Assembly: GCA_963776245.1 (NCBI GenBank)
Contig: CAVZLN010000003.1
Span: 416,001-480,000, forward strand
DNA length: 64,000 nt
Reading direction: 5' to 3'
Origin: Candidatus Eiseniibacteriota bacterium
GTDB lineage: Bacteria > Eisenbacteria > RBG-16-71-46
The notes beneath the pieces were generated by a model. The model was not told where the DNA came from and searched no databases. It saw nothing but the letters and a program-made list of their open reading frames with translations. Below are positions 48,335 to 57,756 of the stretch, in pieces. Position numbers and translations under genes: made by a program. The number at the start of each line of letters is the position of its first letter. Position 1 is the first letter of the stretch.

Positions 48335-50393
48335 GCGGGACGACGGCGGGGCGGTGTGGCGGGGCCGGCTCGCGGCCGGGCTCGATCCGCGGGCGCGGGC
48401 GCTGAACGACTCGCTGCCGGTGGACGGGCGCCTGTGGCCCGAGGAGCTGGCGCTGTCGCGCGCCTACGCCCGCGCCATCGCCGAGTGCGGGGTGCTGGCG
48501 GCGCCCGAGCTCGCCGCGCTGCTCGCGGCGTGTGACGTCCTCGGCGGCGAGCTGGCGGCGGGGCACGTGGCGCTCGCGGGCGAGGACGTGCATTCCGCGG
48601 TCGAGGCCGCCCTCACCGAACGCTGCGGCGATCCCGCGCGGCGCCTGCACACCGGACGCAGCCGCAACGAGCAGGTGAGCACGATCACCCGCATGCGCGT
48701 GATGCGCCTGTGCGAGGACGCGCTCGAAGGCCTGCGCGGGCTCGAGCGCGCATTGCTCGCGCAGGCCCTGCGCGCCGGGGGCATCGCGGTCGCCGCATGC
48801 ACCCATCTCCAGCCGGCGCAGCCGGTGCTGCTCGCCCAGCTGTGGCTGGCCCACCTCGCCGCGCTCGAGCGCGACGAGGACCGCTTCGCCGCGGCCCGCG
48901 AGGCGGCCGACCTGCTGCCGCTCGGCGCCGGCGCGGTCGCGGGCTCGCCCCTGCGCTACGACCGTCTGGCGCTCGCGACGCGGCTCGGCTTCAGCCGCCT
49001 CGCGGCCAACAGCGTGGACGCCGTGGGCGACCGCGACTTCGCGCTCGACTACCTGAACGCGGCCGCGGTGCTGGGCGTGCACCTGTCGCGGCTCGCCGAG
49101 GACCTGGTGCTGTGGTGCTCGCCGTTCTTCGGCTGGTTCACGGCGCCCGACGGGTTCTCGACCGGCTCCAGCCTGTTGCCTCAGAAGCGCAATCCCGACC
49201 TGTTCGAGCTCGCGCGCGGCAAGAGCGCGCGGCTGCTCGCCAATGCCCAGCGGCTGGCGGTGCTCATGAAGGGGCTGCCTTCCGCGTACCAGAAGGACCT
49301 GCAGGAGGACAAGGAAGCGGTGTTCGACACCGCCGACACGCTCGCGCTCCTGTTCGCCGCGCTCCCGCCGGCGATCGAGGCGTTGGCCCCGGACCAGGAG
49401 CGCATGCGGGCCAGCCTCACGCCCGGCCTGCTCGCGGTGGAGCTCGCGGACGCGCTGGTGGAGGATGGCCTGCCGTTCCGCGACGCGCACCTCGCGGTCG
49501 GCCGGCTGTGGGCCGCCGCCGAGCGCGCGGGCGTCGAACCCGCCGCGCTGCCGGAGCACGAGCGCCTCGCGCTCGCGCCGCAGTTCACCGACGCGCGCCT
49601 CGCGGCGCTGACCGTCGCGGGCGCGCTCGCGCGCCGCTCGCACGCGCCGGGCGCCGGACCCGACAGCGTGGCGGCGCAGATGGCGCATGCGGAGTCGCGG
49701 CTCGGCGTCGGGGGTGGCGGCCCCGCGCGGGACACCGGCGCGGCGGGGGCGACGGACGCCCCGACGCCCGGGGCGAGCGCCGCGCTCGAGCACGCGGTCA
49801 CACTCGCCGATGCCGAACCCGTCGCGCGGCCCGATGGCATCACGCTGCGGCCCGCGACCATCGAGGACGTGCCCGGCATCGCGCGGCTGATGGCGGCCTA
49901 CGTGGCGCAGGGGGTGCTGCTGCCGCGCCCGATGAACGAGCTCTACCAGTGCGTGCGCGAGTTCCATGTCGCGATGCTGGACGGCGAGGTGGTGGCGTGC
50001 GCCGCGCTGCGCCTGTTGTGGAACGACCTCGGCGAGGTGCGCTCGCTGGCGGTGCGCCCGGACCAGCACGGCCGGGGGCTGGGCGCCACGCTCATCGACC
50101 GCGTGCTCGACGACGCGCGCCACCTCGGGCTCCCGCGCGTGATCGCTCTCACCCGCGAGGTGACGTTCTTCGAGCGCTGCGGCTTCGCCGCGGTCTCCCG
50201 CGACACCCTCCCGCGCAAGGTGTGGACCGACTGCGTGCGCTGCCCCCGCCGTCATGCCTGCGACGAGGTCGCGGTGGTGCTCGATCTGGTCCCGGGCGCC
50301 ACGGCCGCCGCGGCCGTGGCGGCAGGGTCCTGGCTGGCGCCCATCCCGCGGTCCGCCAGCCCCGAGCCGGGCGCGCTCCCCGTCGTGTCCTGA
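48324..50393 (+). CDS. argH: Argininosuccinate lyase fused to a short GNAT N-acetylglutamate synthase (ArgH-ArgA)
   Basis: LHTGRSRN, THLQPAQP, GSSLLPQKRNPD, YQKDLQEDKE; then LLPR, EVRSLAV...GRGLG, ALT...FFERCGF, LPRKVWTDC..C.....CDE. Confidence 0.92.
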
Positions 50394-50575
50394 CACGCCG
50401 CCGGTGCGCGGGCCGCGCCCGGCGCGCCGTCCCCGGCCCCCCTCCGGGCGCCCGTTTCCGCCCTCATGTCCGCCGTGGAATGGCCGAAACCCATGGGTGA
50501 ACGCCCGGGACGGACGGAGCGCGAGGCATTTCCCCGCCCGGGGTCGAGGGCGCTCCTCACTAAGGAAGGTGGGGC

Positions 50576-51652
50576 ATGGGTTCGAACTGGTGGACGCGGT
50601 TGTTCTCGCGCTCCGCCGCGACGCGTACCGTCGGGGCCGGGCCGGCGCTCGCGGAGGACGTGCCGCACGACGTCACGGTGGCCCTGGCGGCGCCGGCCGA
50701 GCCCGCGCCCGAGCGGCGGCTCGAATGGCGCGAGCCCGAGCGCCCCGCCGCGGACCCGCCCCCACTGGCCAACTCGGCGTCACTCGGCCGCTCGATGGCG
50801 CTGCGCGTGCGCCTGCTGCTCGATGGCGCGGACCCGGAAGCGCTCCACTCCGACGGGCCGGCGCTGGTGGAGATGCTGCTCGAAGGCGGGGGATCGTTCG
50901 TCGGCCACCTGCCCGAGGACAAGCGGGCGGCGCTCGACGTGGCCCGGCGTCCCGGTTCGGGCGTCGGCGAGCTGGTGCCGCTGTTCGCGCACGATCCGGC
51001 GCTCGCCCAGGCGGTGATCCGGCTGGCGAATTCCCCCGCGTACCGGCACCACGGCGAGCCCATGGTCGCCCTCCACGGCGCGGTGCACCGCCTCGGCAGG
51101 ACGACGGTGCAGGGCGTCCTCATGGCCAGCATGGTCGAGGGCCTCCTCTGCCTCCCCGGCGGCGCGTTCGACCTCCTGGTGGGCCGGACGTGGTCGCACA
51201 TGCAGCGCACCGCGCCGATCGCGCGGGACGTCGCGCCGGTGTTCGGAGTGGATCCCGACGCCGCGTTCTCGTTCGCGCTGCTCCACGACGTCGGCAAGCT
51301 GGTGATCTTCGACCACGCGGCGACCCTGCGTCGCGAGCAGCAGCGCGACCTGCGCATCCCGGAGCCCTTCTTCCGCCAGCTGCTGTGGCAACTGCACGAG
51401 CCGGTGGGCGGGCTGGCGATGCTGCGCTGGGGCATGGGAGGCGAGGCGGCGCACGTGGTGGGCGGACACCATCGGCGGCCGGTGCCCGAGACGGCCGACC
51501 CGGCGACCGAGGCGGTCTTCGTCGCCGAGGCGGTCGAACTGGCTCACTGCAACCACGCGGCGCTCGCGTGGGAGGAGTGGTGGGAGCGCGGCGGGATCAC
51601 CGCCGACCGGTTCGAGGTCGCCGAGCGCATCCGCGCGGCCGAAGAGGCATAG
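50576..51652 (+). CDS. HDOD domain protein
   Basis: DPALAQAVIRLANSPAY, AVHRLG, LLHDVGKL, W.......V..HH. Confidence 0.9.
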   Translation: MGSNWWTRLFSRSAATRTVGAGPALAEDVPHDVTVALAAPAEPAPERRLEWREPERPAADPPPLANSASLGRSMALRVRLLLDGADPEALHSDGPALVEMLLEGGGSFVGHLPEDKRAALDVARRPGSGVGELVPLFAHDPALAQAVIRLANSPAYRHHGEPMVALHGAVHRLGRTTVQGVLMASMVEGLLCLPGGAFDLLVGRTWSHMQRTAPIARDVAPVFGVDPDAAFSFALLHDVGKLVIFDHAATLRREQQRDLRIPEPFFRQLLWQLHEPVGGLAMLRWGMGGEAAHVVGGHHRRPVPETADPATEAVFVAEAVELAHCNHAALAWEEWWERGGITADRFEVAERIRAAEEA

Positions 51653-51712
51653 CCCGTCCCGGCGTCGCGGCCCCGCTTCGCGACCGGCGCCCCGGGCCCG
51701 GCCGGGCGCGCC

Positions 51713-51738
51713 GCAACCCATCGCGGTCCCGCTCCGTA
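51713..51738 (+). promoter_or_regulatory. ECF-sigma-type promoter
   Basis: GCAACC-N16-CGTA upstream of two paralogous exported proteins. Confidence 0.45.
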
Positions 51739-51829
51739 GAGCGGGCACCCACACCTGCACAGGACCGGCGCCGCGCCCCAGGCGGGGCGTGTCGCCGGCT
51801 TGGCGCAGGTGTGCGGCATGGAGGATCCG

Positions 51830-52462
51830 ATGAGGGCCCTGATGCTGAGCGTGACCGCCGCGCTCCTGCTCGCCACCCCGGTGTCCGCGCTCGACCTGCG
51901 CGCCGAGACCAAGTCCTACCCGGCCGCGGGCGTGCGATCGCTCGCGCTCGAACTCCCTGCGGGCGAGGTGACGATCGAGACCACCGACGGTCCCGACGTG
52001 CGCCTCACCGTCGGGGTCCACGGCCGGGGCTCGACCAGCGACTGCGAACGCCGCGCCCGGCGTCTCCATCTGGATGCGGAGCGCCGGGGGGACGCGCTCG
52101 CCCTGACGCTGAAGGACGGTTCGCACTGGCGCGTGTGCCGCACTTCGGTGCGTACCGAGGTGAGGGTCCCGCGCGGGATCGCGGTGGAGCTGAAGTTCGG
52201 GGCGGGCGAGCTCCAGGTGTTCGGCCTCGACGACGACCTCGAGGTGAAGATGGGCGCGGGGGAGGCCATCCTGCACCTGCGCGAGAGCGACGTGGGCGCG
52301 GTGCGGGTCCGCGTCGGCGCCGGAGATGCCACGCTCCATCGCCGCGGCGAAGTCCAGGACGGCTCGGGGTTCATCAGCCGCACGCTGCACTGGGGCGGCC
52401 CCGGCCCGGCCCAGGTGAGGGTCCTGCTCGGCGCCGGCGACGTGGACCTGCGTCTCGAGTGA
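51830..52462 (+). CDS. Exported beta-solenoid protein (DUF4097/adhesin-like)
   Basis: Signal peptide; repeated (F/M/V/L)GAG(E/D) motifs. RBS GGAGG. Confidence 0.7.
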   Translation: MRALMLSVTAALLLATPVSALDLRAETKSYPAAGVRSLALELPAGEVTIETTDGPDVRLTVGVHGRGSTSDCERRARRLHLDAERRGDALALTLKDGSHWRVCRTSVRTEVRVPRGIAVELKFGAGELQVFGLDDDLEVKMGAGEAILHLRESDVGAVRVRVGAGDATLHRRGEVQDGSGFISRTLHWGGPGPAQVRVLLGAGDVDLRLE

Positions 52463-52502
52463 CGCTACCCTCCGGTCCACACTCGAACCTCCGGAGGTCG
52501 CC

Positions 52503-53141
52503 ATGCGTCCGCTCGCCCTCGCGCTCCTCGCCACCCTCGCGCTCGCGCCGCCCGCGCGTGCCGGCGGGCCCGTCATCCGCCAGTCGACCTTCGCACTCGG
52601 CGGCGCCCGGTCCGTCCAGCTCGAGTTCCCGATCGGCGGGCTGTCCGTCGAGCCTTCGACCGACGGCAAGGTGCATGTCGAACTCTCGCTGCGCTGCGAT
52701 GACGAGCGGGCCAACTGTCAGGAACGCGCCGGAGAGATCGAGGTGGTCTCGTCCACGCGGCTCGCCGTGCTGCACGTGAAGCTCGACCGCTGGCCACCGC
52801 GCTGGAACCCGCTCGGGCTCCACATGGAGACCCGGGCGCGCGTCCCCTCCGGCGTCGCGCTCGTGGTCTCGATGGGGGCCGGCAATATCGACGTGCGCGG
52901 GCATGCCGCCGACCTCGACGTGCAGGTGGGGGTGGGCGACGCGGCGCTCCATCTCGCCCGGGGTGACGTGCGCCGCGCGCGACTCGAGGTCGGGGTCGGG
53001 CAGGCGAGGCTCAAGAGCGGCGAAGAGACCATCGGCGGAGAGGGCGGCCTGGGCCACGTCGTGGACTGGGACCGCGGCCGGGGGCACTCGACCCTCCACG
53101 CCAAGGTGGGCGTCGGCCGCATCGACGTCCTCCTCGACTAG
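52503..53141 (+). CDS. Exported beta-solenoid protein, paralogue of the upstream gene
   Basis: Signal peptide; MGAGN, VGVGD, VGVGQ, VGVGR repeats; same architecture as the upstream gene. Confidence 0.7.
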   Translation: MRPLALALLATLALAPPARAGGPVIRQSTFALGGARSVQLEFPIGGLSVEPSTDGKVHVELSLRCDDERANCQERAGEIEVVSSTRLAVLHVKLDRWPPRWNPLGLHMETRARVPSGVALVVSMGAGNIDVRGHAADLDVQVGVGDAALHLARGDVRRARLEVGVGQARLKSGEETIGGEGGLGHVVDWDRGRGHSTLHAKVGVGRIDVLLD

Positions 53142-53190
53142 GAGACCTTCCCGAGACTCGCGCCTCCCGCGCGTGCTATCGTCGGCGCCC

Positions 53191-55062
53191 ATGAACGCTC
53201 ACGCGCCGCTCGCCGCCGCCCTCGCGCTCGTGGTGGCGTCCACGCCGACCCAGCCGCCGCTCCCTTCGCTGCGCTGGCCGTCGCCGGTGGTGTCGGGCGA
53301 GACCACGGGAACCTCGCTCGCCGTGCCGACCTACTGGCGCACCCGGGCGGAACGGACGCAGTACCGCGAGACCCCGGACTACGACGAGACCATGCGTTAC
53401 GCGCGCCAGCTCGAAGGCGGTTCACGCTGGATCCGGGTGGTGAACTACGGCACCAGCGGTCAGGGCCGCCCGCTGCCGCTCATGATCGTCTCGAAGGACC
53501 GCGCGTTCACTCCGGAGGCCGCGCTCGCCACGGGCAAGCCGATCGTGCTGATCCAGAACGGCATCCACGCGGGGGAGATCGAGGGCAAGGACGCCTGTCT
53601 GGCGCTGGTGCGCGACATGGCGGTGCTCGGCACGCGCGCCGACCTGCTCGACAGCGTCATCGTGCTCGTGCTGCCCATCCTCTCGGTGGATGCCCACGAG
53701 CGCCACAGCCCGTGGAACCGCATCAACCAGAACGGTCCGGCCGAGATGGGCTGGCGCACCGGTCCGGTGGGCCTGAACCTCAACCGCGACTACCTCAAGG
53801 CCGAGACACCCGAGATCCGCGCGCTGCTGTCGCAGGTGTACACGCGGTGGTGGCCGCACCTCCTGGTGGACGACCACACCACCGACGGCGCCGACTACCG
53901 CCATGACGTGACCTACAGCGCCCCCCACGGCGGCGGCACTCCCGCGCCGCTGGACCGCTGGCTGACCGAGGCGTTCGAGGGCCGCGTGATCCCGCGGCTC
54001 GCGCGGATGGGGCACCTCCCCGCGCCGTACCTCTCGTTCCGCAACGGGAGCTCGGACCCGCGTGCCGGCCTCGACTACGGCAACGCGCCGCCGCGGTTCT
54101 CGAACGGCTATCCGGTCATCCAGAACCGCGCCGCCGTGCTGGTCGAGACCCACATGATCAAGCCCTATGGCGTGCGCGTGAAGGCGACCTACGACCTGCT
54201 GGTGGCGCTGCTCGAGGAACTCCACGCCCGCCCGCGCGAGCTGGTGCGCGCGGTGGCCCAGGCGGAGGAATCGACCATCGCGCGCGGCCGGGAGCGCGAC
54301 CCGGCGAAGCGCGAGGTGGTGCTGGCGACCCGCACCACCGACACCGCCGTGCCCTTCGAGTTCAAGGGCTGGGTCACGCGCTGGGAGCCGAGCGAGATCA
54401 CCGGGGCTCCGTTGCCGCGCTACAGCGACGCGCCGTGGGACTCCGTCATCCCGCTCTACCGCGAGGTGACGCCCACGCTCACCGTGCGCCAGCCGGCCGG
54501 CTACGTGGTGCCCCAGGAGTGGGACATCGCGCGCGACCGGCTCGACGTGCACGGCGTGCGCTACCGCAGCTTCGCGAAGTCATGGACCGACACGGTCGAG
54601 GTGCAGCACGTCCTCGAGTGGCGCGCCGCCGCCGAGGAGCGTGAGGGACATCGGCCCATCAGCGTGGGCAAGGTGGCGCTCGAGCGCCGCGTGCGCACCG
54701 CGCGGCCCGGCGACCTGTGGGTGCCGCTCGACCAGCGCTCGGCGATGGTGGCGGTGCACCTGTTCGAAGCCCAGGCGCCGGACGGACTGATGTACTGGAA
54801 CGCCTTCGACACCGTGTTCGAGCGCAAGGAATACGGCGAGCCCTACGTGGTCGAGCCGCTGGCGCGACAGATGATGGCCGATGATCCGGCGCTGGCGCGG
54901 ACGTTCCGGGAGCGGCTGGCGAGCGACACCACCTTCGCCCATGATCCGCACGCGCGCAGCGACTTCTTCTTCCGCCGCTCGAAGTGGGCCGACCCCGAGC
55001 AGGACCTGCATCCGGTCCTCCGTGCGCTGCGGCGGCCGCCGGACGACGTGCTGGCGCCTTAG
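53191..55062 (+). CDS. M14 family zinc carboxypeptidase
   Basis: GIHAGE (HxxE), LNLNRDY, VDDHTTDG, LVETH. Confidence 0.9.
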   Translation: MNAHAPLAAALALVVASTPTQPPLPSLRWPSPVVSGETTGTSLAVPTYWRTRAERTQYRETPDYDETMRYARQLEGGSRWIRVVNYGTSGQGRPLPLMIVSKDRAFTPEAALATGKPIVLIQNGIHAGEIEGKDACLALVRDMAVLGTRADLLDSVIVLVLPILSVDAHERHSPWNRINQNGPAEMGWRTGPVGLNLNRDYLKAETPEIRALLSQVYTRWWPHLLVDDHTTDGADYRHDVTYSAPHGGGTPAPLDRWLTEAFEGRVIPRLARMGHLPAPYLSFRNGSSDPRAGLDYGNAPPRFSNGYPVIQNRAAVLVETHMIKPYGVRVKATYDLLVALLEELHARPRELVRAVAQAEESTIARGRERDPAKREVVLATRTTDTAVPFEFKGWVTRWEPSEITGAPLPRYSDAPWDSVIPLYREVTPTLTVRQPAGYVVPQEWDIARDRLDVHGVRYRSFAKSWTDTVEVQHVLEWRAAAEEREGHRPISVGKVALERRVRTARPGDLWVPLDQRSAMVAVHLFEAQAPDGLMYWNAFDTVFERKEYGEPYVVEPLARQMMADDPALARTFRERLASDTTFAHDPHARSDFFFRRSKWADPEQDLHPVLRALRRPPDDVLAP

Positions 55063-55092
55063 GCCGCGCACGACGGGCCGCTGGCCGAGCGC

Positions 55093-55527
55093 TCAGCGGC
55101 CCAGCAGCGTCTCCACCTCCACGACTGCCTTCTGCTCGTCCATCATGATGTGCATGAGCGTGTGGGTGTGGACCGCATGGCCCTTCACCATCGGCAGCAG
55201 CCGGGCGTAGGTCGCCGCGGCGGCGCTCTCGGTCTTGAGCGCTTCCTGGAGCATCACGCGCCAGTCCTCGGTGTGCCGGATGGCCGCGGGATCGCGGTCG
55301 GTCGCCGCCACGCCGCCGAGCTCGGCGATGATGGCGCGCACCTTTCCGGCGTGACCCACCGACTCCAGCGACTCCTTCTCGAAGTGGGCGCCCAGGGACA
55401 GGGACTCGATGCCCTTCACGTACGCGGCGTAGTGCGCGTACATCGCCTGCGCGCGCAGCTCCCAGCCGAGCGCCCGGTTGAGCAACCCGACCAGCTGCGC
55501 GTTCGGGGCCTTCTTCTTCGCTGCCAT
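55093..55527 (-). CDS. Ferritin-like (bacterioferritin-related) protein
   Basis: LLNRALGWEL.A..MY, ES...HA......I..LGG, L..E..A...Y four-helix pattern. Confidence 0.8.
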   Translation of the reverse strand: MAAKKKAPNAQLVGLLNRALGWELRAQAMYAHYAAYVKGIESLSLGAHFEKESLESVGHAGKVRAIIAELGGVAATDRDPAAIRHTEDWRVMLQEALKTESAAAATYARLLPMVKGHAVHTHTLMHIMMDEQKAVVEVETLLGR

Positions 55528-55967
55528 GGTGCACCTCCGTGAGGACGAGGGAGCCGCACCCGTCCGGATGGGATCGTTCCGACCGCGCCGGCGCCCGGTC
55601 CAGGCCGACCGGGACGCGGATCGCGTGAAAGGGCCACCGCCCTTCCGGCCGCAGTCTAGTGCCAGCCCCGCGCGGACCCAACCGGCGGTCCCGGCCGCGC
55701 CGGGGCGACCGCGCGCGGCACCCCGGTGTCCGTGCGCCGGAGCCCTGACATCCCGACAGTGGCGCCGCGCGTTCTGTCAGGGCGAGCCGCTTCCACGGGA
55801 ACTCCGGTGGACGGGTGGGAAGGGTCCGTGGTGCCGTCCCGGACGGTCGCCCGGGAAGTCCGCGGTCGCGCAAGCGCCCGTGCGAAACGGGATTGGTCGA
55901 CCGCGCGGGGCGGGCCGCGGGCGCCATCACCCTCGCTGGCCGGCACCGCCGGGCCCGCGCCACTTGC

Positions 55968-55983
55968 TGGCCCGGATGATGCA
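55968..55983 (+). promoter_or_regulatory. Sigma54 (-24/-12) promoter candidate
   Basis: TGGCCCGGATGATGCA (GG-N10-GC), about 100 bp upstream of the protease-hypA-hypB cluster. Confidence 0.55.
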
Positions 55984-56082
55984 GACCTGTTCAGACGGCC
56001 CGTCGTACACGATCGCGCCGTTCAGGTCGCCCCCTCCAGGCGCCGGGCCGGACATCCTGTCCCGAGATCGGAGGACCGCACG

Positions 56083-56646
56083 ATGGCCACCTCTCTCCCT
56101 CAGGATCGCGAGATCCTCCCGCAGCGACTGGTCGTGGTGGCGCTCGGCGACCCATTGCGCGCCGACGACGCCGTCGGGCTCCACATCATGGGCGAGTTGC
56201 GCGAGTTCACGCGCTCGTGGCTCGGCCGCGTCGAATTCGTGGACGCGAGCCTGCCCGGCCACGCCCCCACCGAGCGGCTGCGCGGTCGCAGCGCCATGGT
56301 GCTGGTCGGCACGCTCACGCGCGGGAGCCGGCCCGGCACCGTGCACGTGCTCCCGGGTCGCGACGCGCTTCGCACCCGCCACGGGCATCCGAACTCCGCG
56401 CCCACCGGCAACACGGTCTCGCTGCTGCGCACCCTCCAGGCGCTGGACGCGCTGCCGCCGAACGTGACCGTGGTCGGCATCGAGCCCGCGCGCATCGAGC
56501 GCGCGATGGGGCTCTCGGAGGCGGTGCGCGAGGCGTTGCCCGCGGCGGTCAGCCGGGCGCACGCGGCGGTCGAGGCGATGATCACGTCGAGCGAGACGCA
56601 GGCCGCCCCCGGCGGCGAGCCGCGCCTGCGGGCCTCGGCGGGCTGA
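56083..56646 (+). CDS. Hydrogenase maturation protease-like protein (degenerate)
   Basis: LGDPLRADDAVG, PGTV, VVGIEP...GLSEAV fold motifs. RBS GGAGG. Confidence 0.8.
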   Translation: MATSLPQDREILPQRLVVVALGDPLRADDAVGLHIMGELREFTRSWLGRVEFVDASLPGHAPTERLRGRSAMVLVGTLTRGSRPGTVHVLPGRDALRTRHGHPNSAPTGNTVSLLRTLQALDALPPNVTVVGIEPARIERAMGLSEAVREALPAAVSRAHAAVEAMITSSETQAAPGGEPRLRASAG

Positions 56647-56666
56647 GCGGCGCCCGGCGATCGAAC

Positions 56667-57041
56667 GTGCACGAGCTCTCGCTGGCGAACGAAGTCCACC
56701 GCACCTGCCGTCGGCGCATCGACGCGCAGGGCGGCGGCCGGCTCGAGCGCGTGCGCCTCGCCATCGGCGAGCTCTCCGCGGTCGAGCCCGACCTGATCGC
56801 CTTCGCCTGGGAGGCCGTGGTGAGCGGCGGGCCCGACCAGGGCTGCTCGATCGACGTGGAATGGCGGCCCGCGCGACAGGTGTGCGAGCGTTGCGGCGTT
56901 GTCCCGGGGCGCGCTGCGGGATCGTGGCTGCGCCTCTGCTCGCGCTGCGCGCGGCCGCTGCGCATCGAGGGTGGCGATGAACTCGACATCCTGCAGTTCT
57001 CCTTCACGCCGGCGGACGGCCGGGCGGAAACCGCCGAATGA
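56667..57041 (+). CDS. hypA: Hydrogenase nickel metallochaperone HypA
   Basis: (M)HELSLA from a GTG start, IGELSAVEPD, CERC...CSRC, GGDEL. Confidence 0.93.
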   Translation: MHELSLANEVHRTCRRRIDAQGGGRLERVRLAIGELSAVEPDLIAFAWEAVVSGGPDQGCSIDVEWRPARQVCERCGVVPGRAAGSWLRLCSRCARPLRIEGGDELDILQFSFTPADGRAETAE

Positions 57042-57706
57042 CGGATGTCGATCTCCGGCAGAAGGTCCTCGCCGGCAATGAGGCCGCCGCGGCCGAATCA
57101 CGTCGCGCGTTCGAGGGCACGGGCACGCTGGTCGTGAACCTCATCTCGTCGCCCGGCTCGGGCAAGACCACGCTGCTCGAGGCCACCGTGGGACGGCTCA
57201 AGGACCACCTGCGCGTGGGCGTGATCGAGGGCGACATCGCCACCGAGCGCGATGCCGACCGACTGCGCCGGGCCGGCGTGCCCGCCCATCAGATCCTGAC
57301 GGGCGGGTCGTGCCATCTCGACGCGCGCCAGATCCGGAGCGCAATGGACGCGCCCGGGCTGCGGGCCCTCGACGTGCTCTTCATCGAGAACGTGGGCAAC
57401 CTCATCTGCCCGACCTCCTACGACCTCGGCGAGGACTTCAAGGCGGTGCTGCTCTCGGTCACCGAAGGCGAGGACAAGCCGTTCAAGTACCCGGGCATCT
57501 TCGCGCGCGCCGAGGTCACGGTGATCACCAAGCTCGATCTGCTGCCGCACGTGACGTTCTCGCTCAACGAGGTGCGCGGGCAGGTGCGCACGCTGCGCCC
57601 GGGTGGCCACTGGCTCGAGACCAGCGCGCGGACCGGCGAGGGGGTCGAGGCCTGGTGCGGGTGGCTCGAGCGCAGGCTGGCGGACAAGCGCGGCGAGCGG
57701 CGGTAG
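57038..57706 (+). CDS. hypB: Hydrogenase nickel incorporation GTPase HypB
   Basis: SSPGSGKTT, CHLDA, ENVGNLICP, EGEDKPFKYP. Confidence 0.96.
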   Translation: MTDVDLRQKVLAGNEAAAAESRRAFEGTGTLVVNLISSPGSGKTTLLEATVGRLKDHLRVGVIEGDIATERDADRLRRAGVPAHQILTGGSCHLDARQIRSAMDAPGLRALDVLFIENVGNLICPTSYDLGEDFKAVLLSVTEGEDKPFKYPGIFARAEVTVITKLDLLPHVTFSLNEVRGQVRTLRPGGHWLETSARTGEGVEAWCGWLERRLADKRGERR

Positions 57707-57756
57707 TCGGCGCCGGGATCCCGCCGCGCCGCCCGGACGGCCCCCGCGTCATGCCC

